NCBI GenBank assembly: GCA_965228895.1
Contig: OZ245842.1
Coordinates: forward strand, 2,528,001-2,592,000
Source of the DNA: Alphaproteobacteria bacterium
GTDB taxonomy: Bacteria > Pseudomonadota > Alphaproteobacteria > SP197
Direction of reading: 5' to 3'
DNA: 64,000 nt
Below, piece after piece: positions 40,726-49,202 of the stretch (position 1 is the first letter of the stretch; each line of letters starts with the position of its first letter). Both the position numbers and the translations under genes were made by a program. A model generated the notes under the pieces. It had not been told where the DNA came from and searched no databases. It saw only the letters and a program-made list of their open reading frames with translations.

Positions 40726-41736
40726 ATGGCGGAACCGGTTGGCAACAATGGCCTGAAGAGCGCGCTCTTCCGGCGCGAACGCGAGGCGACCTGGAAGAAG
40801 CTGCAGGAATTGCTCGCGCGCATCGAACGCAACGGCATCAAGAGCGCCTCCGCGCAGGAGCTACACGACCTGCCGATCCTCTACCGCGCGACCATGTCGT
40901 CGCTGTCGGTCGCACGGAGTATCTCGCTCGATCGCAATCTCCTGCAGTACCTCGAGAGCCTGGCCGCGCGCGGCTATTTCTGTGTCTATGGCGCCCGCGC
41001 GACGTTCGCCGAAACGCTGAAGGCCTTCATCTTCGTCGATCTGCCGGAGGCTGTGCGCGCCGCACGCTGGTTCGTCGGGCTCTCGGCGGCCTTGCTGTTC
41101 CTGGGCACCGCACTGGGCTGGCTTCTGGTCGCGCTGGAGAGCGATTGGTTCTACGCCCTGGTCGACCCGGGCATGGCATCGGGCCGCGACCCCGACGCAT
41201 CGCGTGCCGAACTGCAGGAGACGCTGGTCGACGACGGCGGCGGTTTGACCGACATGCTGATCGCGTTTGCCTCATTTCTTTTTACCCACAACGCGAAGAT
41301 CGCTCTGGCGTGTTTTGCCTTCGGCTTTGCGTTCGGCATTCCCGTCGTCTATCTGCTGTTCACCAACGGGGTCCTCCTCGGCGCCTTTTGCGCGGTCTAT
41401 GCGGAACGCGGCCTGGGTGTCGATTTCATTGCCTGGCTCTTAATCCACGGCTCGACGGAACTGGCCGCCATCATCCTGGCCGGCGCGGCAGGGTTTTTGC
41501 TCGGTCAGGCCGTCGGCTTCCCCGGTCGGCTCAAACGCCGTGCGGCGCTCGCCATTAAGGGGCGCCAGGCTGCGATCATCGCGCTGGGCGCCGTCGGCAT
41601 GTTGTTTGTCGCAGCACTCCTCGAAGGGTTCGGACGCCAGCTCATCACCGATACCGCATGGCGCCTGACGATCGCCACGGTCGCGCTGGCCTTCTGGATC
41701 GCCTACTTCGGCTTCTCCGGCAAACCGAGGCGCTAG
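40726..41736 (+). CDS. Stage II sporulation protein M (SpoIIM) family membrane protein
   Basis: Motifs FRRERE..W, HNAKIA..F, NG..LG, HGSTEL, LEGF. Confidence 0.85.
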   Translation: MAEPVGNNGLKSALFRREREATWKKLQELLARIERNGIKSASAQELHDLPILYRATMSSLSVARSISLDRNLLQYLESLAARGYFCVYGARATFAETLKAFIFVDLPEAVRAARWFVGLSAALLFLGTALGWLLVALESDWFYALVDPGMASGRDPDASRAELQETLVDDGGGLTDMLIAFASFLFTHNAKIALACFAFGFAFGIPVVYLLFTNGVLLGAFCAVYAERGLGVDFIAWLLIHGSTELAAIILAGAAGFLLGQAVGFPGRLKRRAALAIKGRQAAIIALGAVGMLFVAALLEGFGRQLITDTAWRLTIATVALAFWIAYFGFSGKPRR

Positions 41737-41738
41737 GC

Positions 41739-42698
41739 ATGGCTGACGCAGCCCCCCTCGGCGCCAAGCGCGACCGCCTTATCCGTCACATCACGACACC
41801 GGAAGGCGTGCCGCTGACCGTGCGGCTCGCCGAGCGCAGCAGCCGCTTGATGGCGCTGATTGTCGACCTCTTCATCATCATCGTGACGCTGTTGCTGTTC
41901 GCGCTGGCGCTCTATATCGCCCTCGGCGACTTCCTCACCAGCGGCTGGCTGGACGCCTTCCTCTTGCTGGGCTCGTTCCTGCTCAGAAGCCCCTACTTCA
42001 TCTTCTTCGAACTCCGGTGGCGCGGCCAGACACCGGGCAAGCGGCTCATGCACATCCGCGTTATCGACCGCCAGGGCGGCCCGCTGACGGCCGAGGCCGT
42101 GGTCACCCGCAACCTGACCCGCGAGGTCGAGGTCTTCCTACCGATTTCCGTCCTGATGCTGCCCCAGCTCTACGCGCTCGCCGGCTGGTTCGGCGTACTA
42201 TGCATGGTGTGGACGGCGCTGGTCTTCGTGCTCGTCCTGTTTCAACGCGACGCCATGCGCATCGGCGACTTGATCGCCGGTACCTGGGTCATCGAGAACG
42301 AGCGCCGCATCCTGAAGGACGATCTGAGCCAGAAGAAATCCGAGGACGTTGTACCTGAGGCCCGCTACACGTTCACCGAAGCCGAAATGGACGCCTATGG
42401 CATTCGCGAACTGCAGGTTTTGGAAGACATCCTACGGCGCAACGAAAACCAAAAAGACGAACGCACCATGGCCGATGTCAGCCGGCGTATCCGGCGCAAG
42501 ATCGGCTGGAAGGACGATCCCTTCTTCCGCGACGACGCGCGTTTCCTGCAGGACTACTACACCGCGCTGCGCCGCAGGCTGGAACAGGGTCTCCTGTTCG
42601 GCGAGCGTCGCGAGACCAAACACGACCCCGCGGTCTTCGATGCCAAGCGGCGAAACGGTGCCAACGGCAACAACGGAAACGGCGGCGCAAGGCCCTAA
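41739..42698 (+). CDS. RDD family protein
   Basis: Motifs TPEGV.L, R..A..VD, GQTPGK, RIGDLIAGT. Confidence 0.88.
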   Translation: MADAAPLGAKRDRLIRHITTPEGVPLTVRLAERSSRLMALIVDLFIIIVTLLLFALALYIALGDFLTSGWLDAFLLLGSFLLRSPYFIFFELRWRGQTPGKRLMHIRVIDRQGGPLTAEAVVTRNLTREVEVFLPISVLMLPQLYALAGWFGVLCMVWTALVFVLVLFQRDAMRIGDLIAGTWVIENERRILKDDLSQKKSEDVVPEARYTFTEAEMDAYGIRELQVLEDILRRNENQKDERTMADVSRRIRRKIGWKDDPFFRDDARFLQDYYTALRRRLEQGLLFGERRETKHDPAVFDAKRRNGANGNNGNGGARP

Positions 42699-43093
42699 CC
42701 GGCCTTCCAGTGCCCGTCGACCTCGAACGCCTCGTCGGGGCCCGGCCAAGGCGGCATGGTCACCAACACGAAGGTCAAAGGCGCCGCGCCGGTGTTGCGA
42801 AACTGGAAGTGGGTGCCCAAGGGAATGGTCAGACTGATGCCGGGGCGCAAAGGCGTCACCTCTTCGCGCTCACCGTGAGACCGCCACATCTCACCCTCGC
42901 CCGACAGCATGTACCAGACCTCCTCGACCGTGCGATGGGCGACCGCTACCGACACGCCGCCCGGATCGAGTGTGAAGTGCGCCATGCTGCCGCCATCGAG
43001 CCGGCACAACAGCCGCACCGCCGATCCGTCGGGCGCCAGCCCCTGGGGTTCATCGGGAAGTGCGATCGTATCGAAGGAGTCCGAAGTTGCCAT
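42695..43093 (-). CDS. Cupin domain protein
   Basis: Motifs APDGS, H.TVEEVWY, FQFRN, PPWPG. Confidence 0.85.
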   Translation of the reverse strand: MATSDSFDTIALPDEPQGLAPDGSAVRLLCRLDGGSMAHFTLDPGGVSVAVAHRTVEEVWYMLSGEGEMWRSHGEREEVTPLRPGISLTIPLGTHFQFRNTGAAPLTFVLVTMPPWPGPDEAFEVDGHWKAG

Positions 43094-43242
43094 CGTGATA
43101 GGATCTCCGCATAGCGCTGTCCGATAGTCGTGCGACACGTAGCGCCGGAAATCATTTGGTTCAAATCCCATCTGCGCTGGGAGTGGTTCCCATCTTCACC
43201 AAGGCAATACGATGCGGTCTTCCTGTTTCTGCGATTTTGGCC

Positions 43243-44184
43243 ATGCTGGCCGTCATGACAGTGTCAGCGCACGCTACCTTTGACGAGATCCAGATCGAGG
43301 CACCCCGACCGGAAGGTCCGCTTCAGGGGTCGCTTCTGTTGCCCGACGTCGATGACGCGCCGGTCGTGCTGATCATCCCGGGCTCCGGCCCGACCGACCG
43401 CGACGGCAACAACCCCTTGGGCGTCAAGGCATCGACCTATCGCCTTCTGGCTGAGGGTTTGGCGCGCAACGGCATCGCCAGCGTACGCATCGACAAGCGG
43501 GGCATGTTCGGCAGCGCCGGGGCGGTGGCCGACCCGAACGCGGTGACGCTCAACGACTACGCGAACGACATCCACGCCTGGATCGCGACGATCCGCCAAC
43601 GCACCGGGAGGGACTGCATCTGGCTCCTCGGTCACAGCGAAGGCGGCACGGTCGCCATGCTGTCCGCGGCGGAGGGCGACGCCATCTGCGGCGTTATTGT
43701 GGTGGCGACGCCAGGTCGGCCCTACGGCGATGTCATTCGCGACCAATTGCGCGCCAACCCGGCCAACGCGCCGATCCTCGACGAAGCGTTCGATGCGATC
43801 ACGCGCTTGGAAGCAGGCGAACGCGTCGACACGGCAGCCATGCACCGCGCGCTCCTGCCCCTCTTTGCCGATGAGATCCAAGAGTTCGTCATCGACCTGC
43901 TCAGCCACGACCCCGCCGCCCTTGTTGCGGTACTGCACGTCCCGGTCCTCGTTCTGCAGGGCGCACGCGATCTCCAGACAACGCCCGAGGACGCCGAACG
44001 GCTGGGCGCTGCCAACAAGGAGGCGGAGGTCATCGTGCTCGACGACACCAACCATGTCTTGAAGGCCGTCGCCACCGATGACCGGGAGGCCAACCTGGCA
44101 ATCTATGGCGACCCCGACCTGCCTCTGGCGCCGGGTGTCGTCTCGGCCGTCACGGCGTTCATCCGTGGCGTTGACGACCAATGA
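43243..44184 (+). CDS. Alpha/beta hydrolase (start uncertain)
   Basis: Motifs GSGPTDRDGN, DKRG, GHSEGG, G..DLQ, NHVLK. Confidence 0.88.
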   Translation: MLAVMTVSAHATFDEIQIEAPRPEGPLQGSLLLPDVDDAPVVLIIPGSGPTDRDGNNPLGVKASTYRLLAEGLARNGIASVRIDKRGMFGSAGAVADPNAVTLNDYANDIHAWIATIRQRTGRDCIWLLGHSEGGTVAMLSAAEGDAICGVIVVATPGRPYGDVIRDQLRANPANAPILDEAFDAITRLEAGERVDTAAMHRALLPLFADEIQEFVIDLLSHDPAALVAVLHVPVLVLQGARDLQTTPEDAERLGAANKEAEVIVLDDTNHVLKAVATDDREANLAIYGDPDLPLAPGVVSAVTAFIRGVDDQ

Positions 44185-44254
44185 CGTTGGCGCAAGACTT
44201 CGACAGGTTCTAACGGGCGCGATGCGCCTTAGGACGGAATCGGCTGGAGGAGCC

Positions 44255-45133
44255 ATGAGTCCGGGAACACCCAGACCCAACGTCGAGGTATCGCCGGATG
44301 ACCGGCGAACGCCACGCGAGGCCTACTGGGAAGACGGCATCACGAGATTAGAAGGCGTTCTCGACCGGGACGTTCTCGCCCGGTGCCGCGATGCCTTCGA
44401 CTGGAGCCTCAGCAACCCCGGCGCGTTCACGAAAACGATCTACGAGGGTACCGAACACGAGCACTGGGCCGACAACGTCAACCCAGCCGCGCGCGAGCGG
44501 TGCCGGCAACTGGTGACGGCGCCAGTCTTCGCCGAGGTCGTTGGTGGCATCCTGGACTCACAACACGTCTGGTATTCGGCCGAGGAGATCTTTCTGAAGC
44601 GTGGCGCTTCCGTTGGCCGTACGCCCTGGCATCAGGACACGTCCTATGCGCCCTATGGCGGCAAGCAGTGGTGTAATCTCTGGATCAGTTTTGAGCCTCT
44701 GCCGGCACACAACGCAATCGAGGTCGTGCGCGGCTCGCATCTCGGGCCGCAGTATGACGGCAGTTCCTATGACGACCCGGACGCCCCCGCGAAACCGCTC
44801 CATGGCGGCGATTGGACACCGCTGCCCGATATCGAGGGCGAGCGCACCGCCGACCCCAGCTCCTGGGATGTCGTCTCCTATCCGTCTGAGCCAGGCGACG
44901 TCATCGTCTTCCACCCGCACGCGCTCCACGGCGGCGCGCCGTTGGATGCCGACTGCACCGAACGCCACACCCTGGTGCTCCGCTTCTTCGGCGACGACGC
45001 CTTCTACCGCCCCCTACCCCCGGGCAGCCACAGCATCTGGGACGACGATGCCGACGCCAACGTCCGCGAGGACTTCGAGGGGCTTGAACCCGGCGACCCG
45101 CTGAGCAGGGGTGGGTTCCTGCAGATCAGATAG
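44255..45133 (+). CDS. Phytanoyl-CoA dioxygenase family Fe(II)/2OG oxygenase
   Basis: Motifs TPWHQD, GSH, GD...FH...LHG, R. GGAGGAG RBS. Confidence 0.88.
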   Translation: MSPGTPRPNVEVSPDDRRTPREAYWEDGITRLEGVLDRDVLARCRDAFDWSLSNPGAFTKTIYEGTEHEHWADNVNPAARERCRQLVTAPVFAEVVGGILDSQHVWYSAEEIFLKRGASVGRTPWHQDTSYAPYGGKQWCNLWISFEPLPAHNAIEVVRGSHLGPQYDGSSYDDPDAPAKPLHGGDWTPLPDIEGERTADPSSWDVVSYPSEPGDVIVFHPHALHGGAPLDADCTERHTLVLRFFGDDAFYRPLPPGSHSIWDDDADANVREDFEGLEPGDPLSRGGFLQIR

Positions 45134-45189
45134 CTGCTTCGCGCACCAGAGAGCGCGACTCTGTTGATCGAGGTAGGACTTGGCAGGGC

Positions 45190-45444
45190 CTATGATAACC
45201 CAATCGAAGTGAACTGGTGCGCGCAATGATGGCGGCGCTCCTGCAAGGTCGGACCATGGTGTTTTCGCTGGTTGCCGCACATCCAGCATGAGCACATTTT
45301 GGGCTGTTCTTTGAACCGCGCCATGGCTTTGGGATCGCTCCAGCAGGAACAATCAAGGTCGTCGTAATGCTGGTTGCGGTCTTCCTTCAGGCGGCGGCGC
45401 ATATGACGCTGGGCCTGGTGTCGGCGAAAGGCACGGTTGCGCAT
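45190..45444 (-). CDS. Small basic Cys-motif protein (CSC / CSCWMCGN..K..G.T.QERR)
   Basis: 84-aa ORF with an AAGGA RBS. The motif resembles a widespread uncharacterised small-protein family. Confidence 0.65.
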   Translation of the reverse strand: MRNRAFRRHQAQRHMRRRLKEDRNQHYDDLDCSCWSDPKAMARFKEQPKMCSCWMCGNQRKHHGPTLQERRHHCAHQFTSIGLS

Positions 45445-45534
45445 CAGGCTTCCTTAGAGTCAAGACTTCGGTGGCGTCAGTGCCGGCCGAGGCGCGCCTT
45501 CCCGTGGTCATCGTGCAGAAGCTAAGGAAAACCC

Positions 45535-45580
45535 TGGCATCCCCTAGGGGAATCGAACCCCTGTCTCCACCGTGAAAGGG
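45535..45580 (-). pseudogene. 3' half of tRNA-Glu(TTC), the displaced att-site copy
   Basis: Minus strand reads CCCTTTCACGGTGGAGACAGGGGTTCGATTCCCCTAGGGGATGCCA: anticodon loop, T-arm GTTCGA and terminal CCA. The D-arm and 5' acceptor strand are absent. Confidence 0.88.
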
Positions 45581-45679
45581 ACGGTTCTTCGGGAGAAAAC
45601 TGCGACTTTTCAGAAGGAATGGGCTACCGTGAAATGAGGCAAACTGCGGGTTTCTGAGAGGCATTTTGAAGGAATAGCG

Positions 45680-45817
45680 ATGTCAAGGGGCTTCCGCATA
45701 ACCGCCTCTCTCGCCTTCATCCTCACGCTGGGTGGGGTTATGGCGTTGGGCGACTTGTTCTGGGAGCCGCTGGTGGCTTTGGTGTTTTTGTTGGTGGCGA
45801 TATGGGTGGCGGATTAG
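45680..45817 (+). CDS. 45-aa hydrophobic two-TM microprotein
   Basis: Manual translation MSRGFRITASLAFILTLGGVMALGDLFWEPLVALVFLLVAIWVAD, with an AAGGA RBS. Below the ORF-track cutoff. Confidence 0.55.
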   Translation: MSRGFRITASLAFILTLGGVMALGDLFWEPLVALVFLLVAIWVAD

Positions 45818-46008
45818 CCAGACGGCTCCTCGTACTCCACCACCAGAACACCGCCCAGAATCGTCTCGCAGTCCGGGTTGGCGCATTGGATATCGCCGGT
45901 ATCCCACAGGGTGAAGAAGATGCTGTCACACTCCGGGCAGGCATAACGGGAGGGCTCTGGGACGGCGGGTTTGGCGGGGCGGAACTCAATAACCTTGTCG
46001 TCACTCAC
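45814..46008 (-). CDS. Small Zn-ribbon-like phage protein
   Basis: CPEC...CANPDC motif. Confidence 0.6.
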   Translation of the reverse strand: MSDDKVIEFRPAKPAVPEPSRYACPECDSIFFTLWDTGDIQCANPDCETILGGVLVVEYEEPSG

Positions 46009-46249
46009 CGCAATTCTCGTCGATGAAGTCGTTGTTATCTTTGATCTGCTTGGCCGTGTTCCAGGTCAGTATGTCGCCGGGGAAGGCGAACAGGTCCACA
46101 CCATTGAGCGCCATTTCCTTATAGGTGTCACTGCCGACAACAAGGCGCTCCTCTGTTACTTTGACACGCTTGAGCCCGACACAAGAGTCGGTCGGGACAC
46201 GAACCGCGCTACAGCCCGCGCTCAAGATCGTTAGGAGTAAGATCGGCAT
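46001..46249 (-). CDS. Putative o-spanin (Rz1-like lipoprotein)
   Basis: Lipobox LSAG|C, C-terminal T.KQI..NN.....C, and a start nested in the 3' end of the upstream gene. Confidence 0.65.
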   Translation of the reverse strand: MPILLLTILSAGCSAVRVPTDSCVGLKRVKVTEERLVVGSDTYKEMALNGVDLFAFPGDILTWNTAKQIKDNNDFIDENCGE

Positions 46250-46424
46250 TACGGCTTTCGATATCCGCACGATTTCGCTCCTTCTTAAGCTCGGCCTCCA
46301 GGCCCTCATTCCGGGCCTCCATTCGTCCGACTTTCCGCTGGCGGCTGTCCCACAAAAACTTAAGGACAAAGCCAACAACGGTGATGACACCGGACGCAAG
46401 GCCCAGGTACTCAACGAGGCCCAT
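46209..46424 (-). CDS. Putative i-spanin (Rz-like)
   Basis: Single N-terminal TM followed by a charged helical tail, overlapping the lipoprotein gene. Confidence 0.55.
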   Translation of the reverse strand: MGLVEYLGLASGVITVVGFVLKFLWDSRQRKVGRMEARNEGLEAELKKERNRADIESRNADLTPNDLERGL

Positions 46425-46597
46425 TACTCAGTGTTGGGAACAGCCCAGACGCCGATGGCCGTGAGGATCGGGATGGCAAACGACATGATCTGGTCTGCCG
46501 TCACACCAACCTCGAAGCCAGCGAAGTCTTTGAGGCCGATAAGGATGACGCCGATGATGGCGACGATGAACTTGTTGTAGCGGGATAAGCCACTCAT
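46424..46597 (-). CDS. Putative holin (57 aa, 2 TM)
   Basis: Manual translation MSGLSRYNKFIVAIIGVILIGL...AIPILTAIGVWAVPNTE, with an AGGAG RBS. Confidence 0.6.
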   Translation of the reverse strand: MSGLSRYNKFIVAIIGVILIGLKDFAGFEVGVTADQIMSFAIPILTAIGVWAVPNTE

Positions 46598-46600
46598 AAC

Positions 46601-46753
46601 TCACTCCTGTGTTGTGAAGAAAAGGCGCTCTTGTTCGTCACGCCATTCGTCGCGCTGCTTTTGCTCGGCAGCGGTTAGTTCTCGGTTTTCAAGGAAGGCT
46701 GTTCTGTCCAGGGCCTTGATGAGCTTGGACAGTTCGTAGGTTCTATCCGTCAT
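46601..46753 (-). CDS. Hypothetical phage protein (50 aa)
   Basis: Manual translation MTDRTYELSKLIKALDR...FFTTQE fills the gap in a tightly packed operon. Confidence 0.5.
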   Translation of the reverse strand: MTDRTYELSKLIKALDRTAFLENRELTAAEQKQRDEWRDEQERLFFTTQE

Positions 46754-47075
46754 CTGGGCCGTACGTTGTCTTGGCAAGGAACTCTATCTGCCACTGACTG
46801 AGAGCCTTCAGCAGATCGGCAAGAAACCTGTCGTCCACCTTGTATGCCGCCCTGCCCCCATACCCCTGAACGTTGAAGCTGAGCGTGTAGCCGTCGTTGG
46901 CCTTGTTCAGCGCAGGGCCAGTGGTTTTGCCGCCTGTCTCTACCAAGGCGCGCTCCTCGTCATTTATGGGTTGGAAACGCCCGCACAGAAGGCCAAGCGT
47001 TCGGATGTGATGTAGAGCGTCCAGGTAGCTTTGCTTGCCGTCCTGGAGAGCTTCAGACTTCGATAAGACCGCCAC
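46743..47075 (-). CDS. Hypothetical phage protein
   Basis: 110-aa ORF in a co-oriented run. Confidence 0.55.
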   Translation of the reverse strand: MAVLSKSEALQDGKQSYLDALHHIRTLGLLCGRFQPINDEERALVETGGKTTGPALNKANDGYTLSFNVQGYGGRAAYKVDDRFLADLLKALSQWQIEFLAKTTYGPDDG

Positions 47076-48009
47076 GAAACTCGGCCAGGCCAGGCTCGAT
47101 GACGTGGCAGAACTCCGGCCACATCAGCCTTCCCTGACGGAAGGTGAGCACCACGAAACCAGAGCGCCAATTTCTGGGGCCGTCCTCCAAATAGAGGAAC
47201 TGCTCACTGTAGGGCTCGGCCATCGTCCCGGTGTCGATACCGAAGCGAGTTCCCAGCAAGTCAGAGAACGGAGTGGCGCCCAAATTGTGAAGGTGGCCGG
47301 TTACCGTGTGCGTTCCGGCGTTGACGGTATTGTTGTGGCGAGCATGAACGCCGCCACGTATCCGATGCTTCACCACGACAGGAAGCACGTCCATGCCGTC
47401 GTTTATCCAGACACTCCAGCAGGGCTGCCAGTTGCCCTCGAAATGATCTTGCAGGTGAACCCCGTGCACCCTCGCGTACTCAGGAGCAACGTGGGCTATC
47501 TTGGACTCGAATCTGGCGTCGTGGTTTCCCAGAGGCCAGAACCGCTCTGCATTGGGTGCAGCTCTCTCCAGTTCTTTGAGTCTCGCTTGTGCTGCGAGTA
47601 TCTCGTCATGAACGGTTGGCTGGCTCTCCCACCCAATAGGCAAGTGGCGGGATATTTGGCCGAAGTCGAGAACGTCGCCGTTGGCGATAACAACCTTGGG
47701 ACGGAGTTTCTTGGCTAGCTTGCAAAAAGCCTTATGGGCTGTTGAAGGTTCTCCAGGCCAATAGTGGTGATCAGATCCGATCATCACGATGCCGTCGTAA
47801 ACCTTGGTGTAGAGCCTCCCTGGAAACAGTGGTTTGACGGGGGCGTTCTTGAAGTTGGGGCCAACGATGGTGATGCCCCGCCTCTTTTCTATCCTCCGTA
47901 GACGACTGTGGACGTTGCGTATGTTTTGGCCCAACTCATCGGCTGTGCCTTGGGGGCCTTTCGTCCGGCACAGCTCTATGAACTCGTCCTCGGGACACTT
48001 GGGGCGCAT
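47053..48009 (-). CDS. Calcineurin-like metallophosphoesterase with N-terminal HTH-like segment
   Basis: Motifs SDHH, GDVLD, GNHD, H, GHLH. Confidence 0.85.
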   Translation of the reverse strand: MRPKCPEDEFIELCRTKGPQGTADELGQNIRNVHSRLRRIEKRRGITIVGPNFKNAPVKPLFPGRLYTKVYDGIVMIGSDHHYWPGEPSTAHKAFCKLAKKLRPKVVIANGDVLDFGQISRHLPIGWESQPTVHDEILAAQARLKELERAAPNAERFWPLGNHDARFESKIAHVAPEYARVHGVHLQDHFEGNWQPCWSVWINDGMDVLPVVVKHRIRGGVHARHNNTVNAGTHTVTGHLHNLGATPFSDLLGTRFGIDTGTMAEPYSEQFLYLEDGPRNWRSGFVVLTFRQGRLMWPEFCHVIEPGLAEFRGGLIEV

Positions 48010-48030
48010 TCATCGCGTTCCCTCGCTGTT

Positions 48031-48348
48031 TCAGGGGGTAAGGCTGTCCAGGCGGAACTGGATAACCTCCACGTGTCGCTCTACTTCGTTCATTCTCGAT
48101 AGGAGCGGCGGGTGGCCGCCACTGACAGCGTGGTCCTCAAGTTCTTCAGTGTTGTGTTGAACAACCGTTCTGAACTCGGCTATCGCTATTTCCACGTCGC
48201 GGAGGCGAACCTCAACGTCGCGTTGGGCGTCATAAACGGCGCCCACCCCAGCGGAGACAACAATTAGCAAGCCACTGACAACGGCCTTGCCAATAACCTG
48301 GACGATGGGGTTTTGCTCAACCCTCTTGGCTGTCTCTTCGACTGTCAT
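48031..48348 (-). CDS. Single-TM coiled-coil phage protein
   Basis: TM segment VVSGLLIVVSAGVGAV. Start overlaps the upstream stop. Confidence 0.55.
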   Translation of the reverse strand: MTVEETAKRVEQNPIVQVIGKAVVSGLLIVVSAGVGAVYDAQRDVEVRLRDVEIAIAEFRTVVQHNTEELEDHAVSGGHPPLLSRMNEVERHVEVIQFRLDSLTP

Positions 48349-48662
48349 CAAATGTCTACCTGTGGTCCAAACATCATCAAGTCGTATGCCTCTTGGCGGC
48401 TCATCTCCAAGATCGTCAGAAGGCACCCGCGACGGAATATGAAGACAACAACGTTGCTCATTCCTGACACCGGACGCTCAAACACCATCGCTTGATCACC
48501 CGGCACCATTGGGTTGGGGATGTCTCTTAAGGAAACGGAAACCGTCAGCCCGTAGAGAACGGGGACTTGAGCCGCCACCTCATCGGGACGCGTGCATTCC
48601 TGGGCAACCGCGTTGGACACAAAAAAAGCCGCAAACGCGGCTGCCAGCAGGATATGCTTCAT
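48348..48662 (-). CDS. Secreted/periplasmic hypothetical phage protein
   Basis: Signal peptide MKHILLAAAFAAFFVSNAVA and two Cys. Confidence 0.6.
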   Translation of the reverse strand: MKHILLAAAFAAFFVSNAVAQECTRPDEVAAQVPVLYGLTVSVSLRDIPNPMVPGDQAMVFERPVSGMSNVVVFIFRRGCLLTILEMSRQEAYDLMMFGPQVDI

Positions 48663-48664
48663 GG

Positions 48665-49153
48665 TTACACGCCGAGTCTGCCCGGCCCGCTCACCTCTTC
48701 GCTCGGTGTCGTCTCAGGCAAGTCCAAAGGCTGGACGTTCTGGATGTAGTCGGAAACAAAGCTCTCCATCTTGTCCATGATGGACTCGAACCGGAAGCTG
48801 TCGAACTCGACAAGGCCGGTAGAAACACGGGCGCTCTGCGAGTTGACGAGCTCAAACCACAGGGTGTGGAAGTCCCGCACGAGGTCGTTGATGGCCTCGT
48901 TCTCGACGCGCTCATGATCGGCCCAGTCTGGAAGGTTCTCAGCCGTGGGTGTCCACTCGGGCAAATCCAACTGCGGCTGTGCCATCACCCAGGCGTGGAA
49001 CTGTCTGAGAGAGCCGAAATACGAAACGACACGGGCCACGTCGAACTCCGACATGTCCGCGACAGAGTTTGAACGTGCCTTGTGAACCTCGTCTGCATAG
49101 CGCGCAATGCGGCGGCAGAGCGAGGCAACGTCTTGGTTGTAAACTTCAGCCAT
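48665..49153 (-). CDS. Hypothetical helical phage protein with two-fold internal repeat
   Basis: 162-aa ORF with an AGGAG RBS and repeated EFD..R..S and LDLPE.TP. Confidence 0.7.
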   Translation of the reverse strand: MAEVYNQDVASLCRRIARYADEVHKARSNSVADMSEFDVARVVSYFGSLRQFHAWVMAQPQLDLPEWTPTAENLPDWADHERVENEAINDLVRDFHTLWFELVNSQSARVSTGLVEFDSFRFESIMDKMESFVSDYIQNVQPLDLPETTPSEEVSGPGRLGV

Positions 49154-49202
49154 TTACTGCGCTCCTAAGTGTTTGTCTCAGTTGTCCGGTGAGACGTTCC
49201 GG

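Noticed and set aside
45535-45610. Intact tRNA-Glu gene
   Set aside because: The 5' anticodon stem does not pair fully, and the D-arm and 5' acceptor strand are absent, so it is an att remnant.
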